Source: Octopus vulgaris (lineage: Eukaryota). From it: a stretch of 64,000 nucleotides of DNA. The notes under the pieces are model-generated. The model searched no databases. It had not been told where the DNA came from and saw only the letters and a program-made list of their open reading frames with translations. The stretch covers positions 16,182,001-16,246,000 of the forward strand of contig OX597823.1 in the NCBI GenBank assembly GCA_951406725.2, given 5' to 3'. Made by a program: the position numbers and the translations under genes. Below, one piece after another: positions 50,548 to 64,000 of this stretch. Position 1 is the stretch's first letter; every line of letters starts with the position of its first letter.

Positions 50548-51014
50548 TAAACGCTATTATAGCAATGCAGCAAGATTTTGCTAAATTCTCCCCTGTATAT
50601 TATTCACCGTAAAAGATATTACACTCTTTGCAGTTTTAAGGTTATATTGCACAACAGGGGGGAAAAAAATCAATTTCTCTATAGGCAAAGAGTAAGCATT
50701 CGTCGTCAGCTTTTTACCATTTATTTAAACAATAAAGTTTTCATAGCATCTCTCAATGTGTCATCTACTGTGTATTTATTTTGTAAAAATTGCCCCATTT
50801 TCCTCCGTATAGAGTTATACAAAACAAGAACCCTATACACAACACGCACGCCTATACGTCTCACTCATATATGTGTGTGTGTGTGTGTGTATACTCATGC
50901 ATGTATAAAACAAAATACATGCATTTATATAGATATGTGTGTGTACACATATGCACGTGCCACTGCAAGAAACTCGGCCTTTGAGTCACTAACTTTTACC
51001 GATTAAATAAATAT

Positions 51015-51034
51015 ATATGGATGCATGCATGCAT

Positions 51035-51090
<56 letters not shown>

Positions 51091-51092
51091 AA

Positions 51093-51125
<33 letters not shown>

Positions 51126-51256
51126 ATGTTCAGCTCATGGCAACATGGAAAGCAGACGTAAAATGATCTTTTTCTCTCTCCTTCATATAGATATACATAT
51201 TCATACACACAAACATATATATGTCTGTGTGTTTTTGTATATATATACATATATAC

Positions 51257-51341
<85 letters not shown>

Positions 51342-51364
51342 CATATATATATACATCTATATAT

Positions 51365-51430
<66 letters not shown>

Positions 51431-51457
51431 TATGATGTGTGTATATATATATATATA
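51015..51457. repeat. Compound (TA)n/(TACA)n microsatellite block
   Basis: Seen directly; similar blocks near 4450, 9130, 24040, 35780 and 55080, and (GA/TC)n near 12490 and 31190. Confidence 0.95.
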
Positions 51458-52363
51458 AAAGGAAAAACAAGTGAAAAAAAAAACATTTGCTGCTGTTGTT
51501 CTGTAAAATCAGCAGCAGCAGCCGCAAACTGGAAAAAAGGAAGCTCTTTTTTCGGAGGAAAGAAAAACCGGCTTTCTTCTCTCCTCTTTAAACAGATTGT
51601 ATTAGTTGTAGTATCCTGTAAAGTGGTGAATCTCTGTCGCTTTTTTTGAGGAGCAAAATATTTTGTCTCAAATCCCCCGTACACTAAAAACTTAGCTAAC
51701 ACAGAAAAGAGGAACACACATATACACACACACATAAATACACATACAAAAGCCAAAAAAAAAAAAAAAAAACACACAAAAGACTCAGCCACAGCCGTCA
51801 ACAAAAGAACCTAAGGATTATTATTTTTACAACTCCTGCTGAGAGATATTCTACTATCGACTCCAGTCGAACTTGGAGTTCACCCTCACACACAACACTC
51901 TACTCTCTCCCTTTCTTACTTTAGACACACTTCTCCTGCTCAACTAGTTACCGGTTCTAATACCAGAAACACATATATATTCCCCCTATTTATTTGCAAA
52001 TATATATATAGTGGGATCAATATTTTTCCTTCTTCTTCTTCACGTTTCTTCTGCATTACTCTCTCTCTCTCTCTCTCTCTCTCTTTATTTCAGTCTTCTC
52101 TTTTAGTTTGTTGCACAAAACATACATACATACATACATACATGTAACATGTATGTTGTAACGTTGGACAAACGTATTCAATTCTAACCAAAAAAATTAA
52201 GGTTAAACTTGTCTTATGGTGCTGGGGTGATATCTTTTTCCCCCTTTTTTTTTTTCCTCTCTCTCTTTCTCTCACAAATCCTCGCCGCCCCCCTCTTCTC
52301 CCTTCCAGTCTGTCTTGTTTATAAATACAACATCTTCTCTCTCGTTCACCCCCACCTTCACTA

Positions 52364-52585
52364 ATGATGGATGACGAGGATATTCTGCTGGACGATGAAG
52401 ATCCAGACGGAGGATCGAGTGAAGACAACGACGATGATGAACTGGTCGATCTGGCCATGGAACCGGAGCCGTCCACCACCCAAGAGAAACAGGACGCCGA
52501 GGAATTCCCTTTCGAAGTGTTCAAGACTACCGAGATTGTTCAGCTTATGGTTGATTGTATCAAAGAAGTTAATTCTGTAGTACAG
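52364..52585 (+). CDS. ARIH1: Ariadne-1 RBR E3 ubiquitin ligase, coding exon 1
   Basis: 74 codons, acidic N-terminus then EEFPFEVFKTTEIVQLMVDCIKEVNSVVQ, matching recalled ARIH1 [30 protein letters not shown]. Ends at CAG|GTGTGC donor, phase 0. Exon 2 (xPATxTRILL...) not found before 64000. Confidence 0.9.
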
Positions 52586-54485
52586 GTGTGCTATTATTAC
52601 TATTATTATTACTATTACTATTTTGCATTTAAAACATTTCGTTTTCTACCTATAGATATGTGTGTGTGTGTGTATATCGCCAATAAATGTGTCCTTATTT
52701 TGTGTCGTATTGAAAAGACGAAATTACACTTACAGCCAGTATTATGTATAAGTGTTGTATAAGTGTAGGTTTAACCCTTGCGGCTAAAAATGTTTTTAAA
52801 CCTCTCCTTCCTTGCCATAATAAGACAAAATCTTAATATTTCTATTCTACGAAAAATTATATTTAAAAATTTTTTTGTATTTTAATAAATGGCAGTTTTA
52901 AGATATATATATATGTATTAAGATACTAAAATTAGTATTCATATTTTTAGCATGTTCATACACTCTATGTATATAATTAATTTCACTGCATTTTTGTTTT
53001 AATTTCTCAAAATTTCTTACCCTATCAAGAAAGTAATGGGCTTTTTTTTTTCTTGTAAATTCATAGCAGAAATTATGCACCAAACGGTTTAATTGATATC
53101 ATTACGAATTCTCTTTCGACCCGTATTTTCTTAGATACATATATATATATATCTAATTCTATTTTTTTTTAAATACCCTCTAGAAATGTCGTAACTGACT
53201 GAATATATAAATACATGTGACGTGATTTTCTTTTATTTTCCACTTCTAATTATACCCATTGGTTATAAATATAGTGCGGAGATCATTTTAAATTAACGTT
53301 GTGTTACAGACCGATCCCTCACTTTGTGTCACCCCATCTGACACATTCTCTATTTGCTGCCTACGTACCTCCTCACCTCCCGAAACTGTCAGGCTTATAC
53401 ACTATATATTGATATTAAATGTAATAAATCGTTGATACATACTACTGTGCGTACTTTTAATGTCTCATTTACCAACTGAAATCAAGATTGCTTGTTTTTT
53501 AAATGAGCCTAGAAACGGTCAGACCATAGGGGTCGAGTGTAACTGTGTTTCGCATTCCATTGATTAGTTAGTACTAATGTAATATGTCTACTATTAACTG
53601 TTGTTATAGTTGCTTTTTAATCACCGACGGTTGTTGTACTAGATTTTTCTTTCTAGTCTCTTTTGATTCTTTTTTGTATGAAGAAGAAAAAGCTCTGGAA
53701 TGGTCGAGTCTCTTACTTAATATCATTCACCATCGGCAATTTCAATACACGTTTACAAATGAAGGCCATAGATTGACATTTTTCTTTTTAATGTATTAAT
53801 TGCTGTTACTATTATAAATCTCTGAAGTAATTGTTGTTCATGTATCAGCAGAATCCGAGGTTGTTCTTTCGTATGATAGTAATAATAATGATAATAATAA
53901 TATATGTAGCAAAAATAGTTTTTAACATGGCGTACGCCATCTGAACTCCTTGTCGGGGTTTTGTTTTACTCCTTTCTCCGTCTTACATTGTCCCCTTTTT
54001 ATATTTGATATTTTCTAACAATTCTGTTGCTGTATTTTCTGCATTTCGTTCTCAAATTCTTCTAGGAAACCGACTGCTTACAATTTAAAATTCAGTTCTG
54101 TTTTGAAAGTCTTGTTTAAAGAAACCACCAATTCCATCATCCCAAATGGCCAGAGTGGTTCATACTATTGTCACCTCTCTGTCCTCATCAGCAAATAATT
54201 TATCACATCTTATTATTTCCATTTGTTTACCTCTTCACCTTCATTATATTACAACACCCTACTTGCCTTGTTAGTCTTCTCAATCGGAGGAGTCCGTTGC
54301 TACTTTTTTTTTTTACTGTAATCAACATATGTGTGAGCATTCTTTAAATTCTAGGGGCTTGCATTGTATTTCCTTGCACGAAAATATGTTGCAAACCAAC
54401 TTAACTTGTTTGAGTTCTATATTTGGTTTGCATCTTTATTTAACTGCATGGTATATAGTGTATACCATGGTATATATATATGCAT

Positions 54486-54519
<34 letters not shown>

Positions 54520-55094
54520 GTATGTGTGTATTGCTACAACCCACCTTCAAATGCGGTTAATGTTTCGTATTTCGCATTTTGCAAGAAACATTCAGTCACA
54601 CCATTATAGTTTAATTAATTATTTAATCATTTTTTCCCCATATACCCCAGTAGCTAGTTCGACTCACCTTGCTATTGTGTGTAAAAGTTTTAACGAGACC
54701 GAGGCATTTTATATATATACATATATACACATATATATATCCCGTTTGTTACAAGTCTTAACATATTAATTATAACTCACGTAATAGATTTCTGCACATA
54801 CAACACTTACTCTTAATAATAATAAGGATTATTGTTAGTAGTTGTAGTAGTAATAATAATAGTAATAATGGTTTCATATTTTGGCACAAGACCAGCAATT
54901 TTTGGGTGGGCAATGGGGATTTGGTCGATTACATCCACTCCCAACACTTCGCTGGTACTTTATTTCATCGACCCCCGAAAAGAAAGAAGGCGAGGTTGAC
55001 CTCGGCGCGGTTAATCGTTAATTTTTTTTTTTAATATATATTTTAGTTGTAGGGATTTGGCTAAGATCATATAAGTCTAGCGTATATATATGTG

Positions 55095-55196
<102 letters not shown>

Positions 55197-55507
55197 AATA
55201 TATATATATATATATATATATGTGTAATTATATATATATGTGTAATATATATATATATATATATGAAGTCACGTACATATGTACATATGGATGAGAGCGA
55301 CACGACTTGGATTTATAGGATTCTAGGATTGATGACGGCATCAGTTGATAGATAGATAGGATTGAGAGACTGTTTTTGTTTCTATTCAAATCTGGAAAGA
55401 AAGGCCATTCTCTCCCTTTAGATTGTTTGCTAAGTGAAACTTCCCTTGTCATTGTTACGATGGCCGATTGTTCTTTCTTTCTTTTATTCAGCAACACTCG
55501 AATTATT

Positions 55508-55541
<34 letters not shown>

Positions 55542-56804
55542 TTCCCGGTCACCACGTTTATATATTTTTTTTTTTTTACAAGTCCGGAACAACGGTTCAT
55601 GAGATATTCATTAGGGCTTTCGGGGAGGGTGGGTGGATGGTGGTGCTGTTTTCAATTTCTTAAAGACATTTGCCTTAGCTTTCCTTTTTCCATTCACTTT
55701 TACCTGGACTGCTCAACGAAATTTTGTCTGTTCTTCTTTTTATTATTTGTTTTATTCATTGGTTTTCGTCAGCTTCTAATTAATGACCGTAAATGTTGTG
55801 CAGTCCGCGAAGACTTTGCAGAAGAAAAAAAGATCTCTTTTTTTTTTTTCTTCTTCTATTTATAATGTTAATGAAATGTAATATGGTGCCCCAGCATGGC
55901 CACAGCTCAAGAGCTGAAACTGGAAAACAAAAACATAAAAACATAAACACATATATAAACTGTATCATGTTTCTCATATGTTGATGGTTTCCTTCTAAAT
56001 GTATTTAAAACCTACTGTTATCCACATTTTTTTCTTTTTACTAACATGCAGAAATAACCAACCGGTTTGTATATGTGTGTGTATATATATATATATATAT
56101 ACATAACACATACACTTGCATGGTCCTACGTATATTTATTAAATGTAACCCGTCTATTCTCTCTCAACCAGCCACTTAATAGTTATAACAGTTTTGCTAT
56201 CCGTCATTTAAAATTTGCATTTCGCTCTGACTAAACGCCAGACGCAGTACTATTTTAAATTATTACTTCAATTCTAGACGTCCTCTTAACTAATAAACTA
56301 CTATTTATATCTAAAGAGCAAGGAGGAGGAGGAATCTATTTTTATTTTATTTAAAAATCTCCGTATATATATATATTATATTATGAACAAAGGGGGGAAA
56401 AAAATACTTTTCTGGATGTGAAACCGTTCAAAGCATGTGTCAAGGCAGTGTGTGTGTGTGTTTTATTTTATATTTACTTTTTTTTAATTAAAACCCATTT
56501 CTTCAGTCCTGCAAATCAATCGTCTAGTTTGGTGATGACTAATACTTAACCGGATTGTGTGTGTATGTGTCAACCTATCGAATATTTAGGAAAGTGAGAT
56601 AAACACTTATCTCTTAAGCTTATGAGTGAAGTCTGTTATTTTTAAAAATTTGTGCATCCCCCCCACCCCTTTTTATACGTATGTTTGTTTGTGTGTGTGT
56701 TGTTTATATTTTAGTAAACTACGATTAGGCCCTTACTATAATAGCGTTATGCTTGTATCCGAATGAATACTGTTCGTACTTAAGCCATAAAATACTGGTT
56801 TTTT

Positions 56805-57084
56805 ATATCTGTGTATTTTGTTTTGCAAGATTCTTGATGTGAAATCGTATGTTGAAACCACTTTCTTATATTTGGGGACGGTCGTCTTTTGCCAATTAAA
56901 CACACGCACTGTTTATGTGATCTTCACTTTTTTAGCGTTGGAATAGACAGGACAAGAGGATACGAGACGGACAGAAAGTCGTTGAAGAGGTCACAGGATG
57001 TGTGACGAAAGAACTCGGACAAAAAATAATAAATAGCGCATGTGTTTAATTGGCAAAAGATGACCGTCCCCAAATATAACAAAC
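56805..57084. mobile_element. PLE-like family H3, second copy (ARIH1 intron 1)
   Basis: Same leader aagattcttgatgtgaaatcg; arms 56866-56916 and 57029-57079; hammerhead gtcg-TTGAAGA-G-GTCACA-ggatg-TGTGAC-GAAAGAACTC-ggac; flanking direct repeat actggtttt. Confidence 0.7.
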
Positions 57085-58299
57085 ACTGGTTTTATTAACC
57101 GTCCTCATTCCCTCCCTGAGTTTTATATGCAAGTTAAATCTAACCGGGCTGAGCCGAGACACAAGTTGTATAAATGACTACCTGATAATATTTTTGGACT
57201 TGTTACTTGAGCGTAAGACCCTGGATTTTTTTTTTTTTTATAAGAAATTGTTTGTCCTTTTGTCTTGATCATGAGAGAGAGAGAGAGAGCACAAATGAAA
57301 TGCCTAAAGCCATGTGCTAAAGCCGGCTCAGGCGGCGACAGGCCAAACTAATCGGGAACCTACTTTTCTAGGCGACAGTTTTTGTGGATGTATTGAATAA
57401 TAAATAAATATGGGAGTGATGGTATTTCCTTAAAAAGAAAAGGGGAGAAAAGATTGATTTATGAATTCATCATTGTAAGATGTGTCAACATGGTCAATGA
57501 AACCCTTACATAAATAACTCTATTCCTTTAAAAAAAGGAAAGCTTCTGTATACTATCCAATAAAAAGAATGACAGGCTGGCTGTGACAGGAGTGGTTTTG
57601 AGTGTAGATCTGACAACAACCGCTATGCATTTAGAATTATCGTTGAACTTGCACTTATGAAACATGACTAATTTTCCAAAATCTATTGAACAAATTAATG
57701 TTGCATAAAGTAGAAAGTATCCTAAGTTAGTCAGAGGGCTGTGGTTGTGAGTAGAGCATTCAGTTGTGTTGGATATCTTTATCCTTTAAGTCCAGTGTTT
57801 AAAATCTTCACAAACATTATGACTCATATACTATTGCACTGACAACAACAAGGAAAATCTGATTTATCTGTTTCCCTTATAGGCTTTATTTTTCAATAAA
57901 ATTATTTTATGTTTATGTGAAACATTTTGATTTGTACATTCCATCCTGCATTCCTTCAAATGTTTCTTTAATTTCTAAAACTTGATTTTAGAAGTTCATC
58001 AGGGCCTCACATTTGATCTCACTGTACGACACCTTGGGCAAGTGTCTTCTACCATAATCTCAGTGAAGATTATTGGGTCAAAGATTGTTGTATGTGAGTC
58101 TCATTATTGTGACAAATCGATGCATTAAGCAAAAATATTTTGCATTATTGTCTTGGCTACTCACCTCTGCACCTGGCTAACTTTGTCTTACATCCCCTGT
58201 TGAATAAATCCCTTAAAGAACCAATTAATGAAACCAGTAAATGACTAAAAGAATTCAGATATATGCAGTTTTTGTTGAAGTTCAATAGAAATAGTCTAA

Positions 58300-58743
58300 G
58301 GTGGCGAGCTGGCAGAAACATTAGCACACCGGGTGAAATGCTTAGCGGTATTTTGTCTGCCGTTAAGTTCTGAGTTCAAATTCCGCTGAGGTCGACTTTG
58401 CCTTTCATCCTTTCGGGGTTGATAAATTAAGTACCAGTTACGCACTGGGATCGATGTAATCAACTTAATCCCTTTGTCTGTTCTTCTTAATCTTTATGTT
58501 TAGCGCCTTGTGGGCAATAAAGAAATAAGAAACGTTAGCATGCCTGGCGAAATGCTTAGCGGTATTTCATCTGCATTACGTTCTGTGTTCAAATTCCGCT
58601 GAGGTCGACTTTGCCTTTCAACCTTTCGGGGTCGATAAATTAAGTACTAGTTACGCACTGGAGTCGATGTAATCAACTTAATCCCTTTGTCTGTCCTTGT
58701 TTGTCCCCTCTATGTTTAGCCCCTTGTGGGTAGTAAAGAAATA
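58300..58743 (+). mobile_element. SINE family B tandem dimer
   Basis: Two units joined at ...aagaaataAGAAACgttagca near 58527. Confidence 0.88.
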
Positions 58744-61700
58744 AGAACTAGTTGATGCTGAAAACTAACACTAAAAGCAGATTGCACACACAAAGAGTAC
58801 GGTTTAACATTGTCTTCTGTCTCTAATCTCTGCTGTTTTTATTGTTGATGGCATTGGATTGGCAGAAACTGTAAACGGTGATGTTTAATTCTTCATCTCC
58901 ATGTTCTGGTTTCAATTTGGCTTTCACCTTTCCAATACCATTAACATACCCAGACATGAAATGGGATTCATTTATTTTACTCCCCACTATCTCAGAATAA
59001 TAAAAAATTAAATTTATGGCTTTGTGCCAGTGTAAGAAACCCTTCTCTTTAAGGCAAGTGAGTTGTTTAATCTAAGGTTGGTCCTGATTGAACAGACTTG
59101 TTGAAGGTCATCTCAACAATGACCATCCCGTTTCGTTTTTCAGATATGTTATATCTAAGATTATACGTCTTACCTTGTTTTTTTATTTATGATGGTAGGA
59201 TTTGGATGCAGTTTCTGGCAAGATGACCGATCATGGAGAAGCTTTCTTTATAGCATGTCCTTTTAAAAACAGTATTAGATTTAGCTGTTGTTTCTAGCAG
59301 GTTTAGTGATAATAGAAACTCCATCATTGAAGTGGTAGCAGTAAGCTTGTATTAAAATAAAAACCATCAATTTTTAGTTCCATTGTTAAAATTCATCAGT
59401 GCTTTGAGGTTGATAATCTAATTGAAATACTGAAGTTAAGTTCTTACAAAAACTGATCTTTTTCCTAAGAAATCATTCCTTTTTGTAAGCTGTTTTGGAA
59501 AAGTTCTCTGGTTTTAGCTAGGCTCCTGTCTGTTGCCCTTGTTAACAGGTTAAACATGTTTTTAAATAAATGGAATTTCCCTTGTCAACATTTTATACGA
59601 TAAATGGTAAGTCTCATAACTCGTGGAGTAACCGTAGGAATACCACTGAAAACTTGTCTCTAGCACAAGTCAGTGGTGTGTTGAACCTACTTTGTGGTAT
59701 CTGTCCTTGCAGTGCACAAGCACAGATGAGTGACTGATGGTCCAGCATGTTATCAACTCAGCTTGCAGCTGATCTAAATATTAATATATAGTCAATATTA
59801 ATACTATATTGATTAAGGTCCTCATTACATACTGCTGGCTTACGCTCAACAGTCATCTTGATCATTTGCCAACATTGCATAACATTACACTAGCTACTTA
59901 CTGTTGTCTCCCTTCACTTGCCTCGTTTGGTTTTTTTTTCTTTCTTCAAGAGGTGTCTTCAGTAGGAAATCAGCTGATTTATATACATACTTTGGCTAAT
60001 GATCATATTTTCTAAATTATTAACTTTGCTTTTCCTTTTTACTTCTGGTTACTCAGTTTCATTTGCTGTGCTGTTGTATATGCATTATTTACACTCGTTA
60101 AAAGAAAAGAAACTTGGCAATAAGCCATGTTATTGTTTAAAACATGATTTTTTTTTTTTTTTTTTCCCCTTCAAAATTAAATTCACTGATTAAAACTTTC
60201 AGTTTGATTTTTCCTTTTCGTCTGCATCAGTCCAAGATTCCAAAAGACATAATATTAAATTATTATCTGTGAATATTTTACTCCTTTCTCTCATTTCCAT
60301 TTTGCAATGGTTTCTTTGTTCCGTTGTGATGATCAATACCTCTCACTTTCAATATCTTCAAATTTAAATATTGAAAACAAAGAAACTTTCAATACTAAGA
60401 GATCTAGCGTAAGGAGGTCCTGAAAGAGAATTAACACATGGCAATGCTGATGATAAAACTATAGTTATTTCCTGTATAATTATGAGAACCTAAAATTTGT
60501 GTGAGCGAATGAGATTGTAAGGTGTTTGTTGTCTTTCACTGGTGTATTGTTAGCTTGAAGGAAGTTAGAATCAGATTGTGGGCTCAATGCAGGAGGTGCA
60601 GGTTATTTCTATAGAATAAAATGCTATTAATGAACTGTTAATTATCGTTATTTCTGTGATCTGGAGCATATAGGTTGACAGGTCTCCTTTTTTTAAAAAT
60701 TTTTTTTTATTTCTAAGGGTGTTGACCATATATAATCTAGTTAACTACTTTAATCCAAGCTTTGAATATTTCCACACATAATAGACTTGATAAGGCCTTA
60801 AGCTATATAAACTTTGAGGCCCCTTCTTAAAAGATTTACCAGAAGGTCTCACAAAAATTGGAAGCTTGTGCCATTTAATTAATGAGGCTCTAAACTGTAG
60901 CGTATTTAGTTTATTCCTAAATCTAGCACTATATATATATGTATATATCCTCATAATTTAACATCTATTTTTCATGCTGGCATAGGTTGGATGGTTTAAC
61001 AGGAGCAGACAAGCCAGAGAACTGCACCATACTCCACTGTCTATTTCAGCCACTTTTCTCTGTTTGCAAAGTTCAGACAATTCTTTGAGGCAGATTTTCT
61101 TGTCATCAACTCATACCTGTTTGCAAGCAAAGTAATACTTCTCTGTGGGCAAACATGTTTTCATGGAAGGTTAGAAATTGCGCAACACACCTTTTATGAT
61201 GCTGACACTTGTTTATAACTGTCACACAATGTCAAGATAAAGAAATTCATACACACAAAATGAGCTTCTTTCAGTTTCTGTCTACCAAATCTACTCACAC
61301 GGCTTTTGTTGGCCTGTGACTACAGTAGAAGACACTCGCCCTAGATGCCATATGGTAATACTGAAACTGAAACCTGTATGGTTGGGAAGCGAACTTAAAT
61401 GCACAGCCATAACTTACTGTGCATGCACGCATTTGTGTATATAGAAAAATTGTAAATTTTTTATTTTTTGATATACAGGTCAAGTTTTCTTTCTTCTTTC
61501 AGAGCATGCAGTGTAGTTGACTGTACCTATCCTCACAGTAAAGTTTCGTAATCTACATTACTGGTATTTTTCTAAAATAGCTACGAACAAGACTACTGTA
61601 ATGCACCTCATCCAGCTCTCTACCATTCTGTCACTTGACCTGCTGAGAATAGCAACCAAATCTCCTTTAAGTTACATCCCATTGTCATGAAAGTTGAGGT

Positions 61701-61959
61701 ACACATTGGTTACTCTCTAGTCCTAAATGCACCGCCCCCCTTGGGCATTGTGCTCCCTCCACCCATCTTTTTTTTTTTCCACTTCAAGCAAATAAATAAA
61801 TCATAGATATGGCTTAAAATAATTTTCATTTAATAGCTGAATATCTTAGCCTTGTTAAATACACCTCAAACAATTTTTTTAATATTTTAATTAATGGCAT
61901 ATTTTTCTCCAGATCAAGTTAGTAAAATTAAAGGATCATCATAAAAATAATCAAATTTA

Positions 61960-62780
61960 GTACTTTGTTGCTCCTTGCATTTTTATGTAGCAAGATGCAT
62001 TATAATCCTGAAAAATGAGTGTCATCACTAAAATTATTTTCTATCAATGAAATGAGAAAAATATCCAAAATTTCAGTGTACACCTGCGTATTGACTGTTG
62101 AGGTAATGATTACCATTTCCCCTGGCTTTTTGCTTGACATGTCCAAAACAAAAGCTCCAGTGTCATTTCCTCGGTTGATGCACATTTGTGATTCATCTCT
62201 TTCATCTAATCCTTTACTTTCAATTATTGCTTCTTTTTAGCCCTCTATAACGAGTCCCCTAACTTTTTAGACCATCGACCCCCTTCATGGAGTCCTTGAC
62301 CCCCAGGCATGTACAAAAAAATGATGTGCAGTTTCCAGGCATTTATTGACCACTTTGGAGACCCCCTGCTCTAAAACCCTGTAGTTTTCATTTGTGTGCC
62401 AGCACTGGGTTTTATTTTGATTTTCTGTATATAAATCTTTAACTTTTTTCTTTTTTTTATTTTGGTACAGTTTTGTCACAAATATTGTCTTCTATTTTCG
62501 AGACTTATTGCTTCAGGTTTTCTATCCCGATGATTCAAGTCTGTGTAGCCTAATCTTTACATTCTCCTTTTATAATTTGCCTATTTTGTTTCTAATTGCA
62601 CCAAATACTGCTGACTGATAACAACCAATGTCGCTTGCCACACTTTGTGTTAGATTTTCTTCTTGAAGGATGTTAGATTGTTTCAGTTAACTCTTTTGTT
62701 TCAGAATGTGTCTCCTTTCCACTAAGCTAGGTCAATATTTTAAGGTCTTCAAGCATTCTAACTGCAGACTAATTTGCATT
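61960..62780 (-). mobile_element. Tc1 (DD34E) transposase remnant interrupted by a hAT-like MITE (about 62248-62368)
   Basis: MSSKKPGEMVIITSTVNTQVYTEILDIFLISLIENNFSDD followed by an FQDxNASC remnant; the MITE ends ttggagaccccctg. Confidence 0.75.
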
Positions 62781-63693
62781 TTGACATTGTGCCAGTTTTT
62801 TTTTTCCCTTTTTTTTTCCCCCCCTATTCAATTTTGGGGAAAAAGTAGCCTTTAATTGAAATAACATTTGTTTAAGAGATTCTTCACAAAGTCAATCTGT
62901 TCAGCTATTAAACAGTTGTTTTGTCATGTGTATCACTTGTTTATTTATGAAGTAAAAACGGAAAAAAAGGAGAAAAATAACTAGTTGACTGTCTCCATGT
63001 GTAACTGTTTTACAGTTTTAATAGTTGTATCTGGATACAATGAAAGCAGTGATTTTTAGTTGTATTCTATTAATTCTATTTTAAGCTATTGAATTTGTTG
63101 AAAGGACGAATTTTCCTAAATCAAAGACTAACATACTTCATAAAATATTTTTGTCTCCCTTTATCTATAAAGAAATGTTTTACATTTTTGGGTTTTTTTT
63201 TCGCTATTTAGATTTACTTATGTATTAGTAATTGTTATTATACATTTAGATATTGTTACTTTAGGTTCTGTTTTCATTATGCATTCTGTAAAATGCATTC
63301 ATTTTGGCAGGTATCCTTTTAAACGTCATGGTTCCTCTTGTACTCTATCTTTCATTACTATCACTTATTGTTCATCATTATCATCATCAATATTGATTTA
63401 AGATCAGATTAAAACTGTAACATCTCTTCAGCACACAACAGTCAATGCATTGATAGTCAATGCTCTCTCTATAATTTAATATTGCTCATCCAATGGACTC
63501 TACTTGTTGTTCACCAAATCGTTCAGATTTTCTAAATTCATCTTAATATCACAATATATTCATCATTTAGAATTATGTTTACACAGCAGGAAACCCATTA
63601 CTTCCAAGAAAATTGATCTTGAAATTTCTTCCACCCATACAATTCTGATCTCTATATGTTGACAGTAACTCTGCTTTTACTAATGATGTTTAA

Positions 63694-63913
63694 CCCTTTA
63701 GCATTCAAACCAGCCATATCTGGCCAAAATATTTAATCTGTTATATATTGAAACTGACCAGATCTCACCTTTCATCTCAGCCCAACCATGTCGTTCTAAA
63801 ACTAAAAAATCACATCACTGGAATCTCTAAACTACAAGATAATACATGATTAATTCAAACCATTTTAAATAAACAAACATCACATTTGTCAGAATAATCT
63901 GAACACTAAAGGG
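63694..63913. mobile_element. piggyBac-type MITE
   Basis: TTAA|CCCTTTAG ... CTAAAGGG|TTAA, 220 bp. Confidence 0.8.
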
Positions 63914-64000
63914 TTAAATAATGAAACTTGTCTACTGTTATCACTAAACTGTCTGGCCAGTCCACACCCTTCAGTTTAGGGCTATATGCATTACCAGCTA

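Noticed and set aside
52586-52762. Continuation of the ARIH1 ORF (VCYYYY...)
   Set aside because: Read-through into intron 1 past a GT donor; (TAT)n repeat with no ARIH1 similarity.

Overview
Eukaryotic, AT-rich, repeat-dense genomic DNA. The SINE families, dense (TA)n/(CA)n/(GA)n microsatellites and huge introns are typical of octopus (coleoid cephalopod); this taxon call is an inference. Two conserved genes start here and point away from each other about 47 kb apart: MOB4/phocein exon 1 (5176-5235, minus, missed by the ORF track) and ARIH1/ariadne-1 exon 1 (52364-52585, plus). I found no later exons of either gene in the window. A third, unidentified spliced gene fragment is plausible at 21115-21623 (minus). 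The rest is mostly transposon debris: at least four SINE families, mariner/maT/Tc1/pogo remnants, non-autonomous Helitrons plus a Helitron helicase relic, hAT and piggyBac MITEs, solo LTRs, and RTE and Tx1/L1 fragments. The most interesting signal is three families of short, mostly microsatellite-embedded elements carrying minimal type I hammerhead ribozyme motifs with covarying stems, some in fold-back form, probably Penelope-like (PLE) derived. There is also a near-perfect hairpin just upstream of the MOB4 start codon. All calls were made by eye; no database searches or folding programs were run, and boundaries of degraded repeats are approximate.
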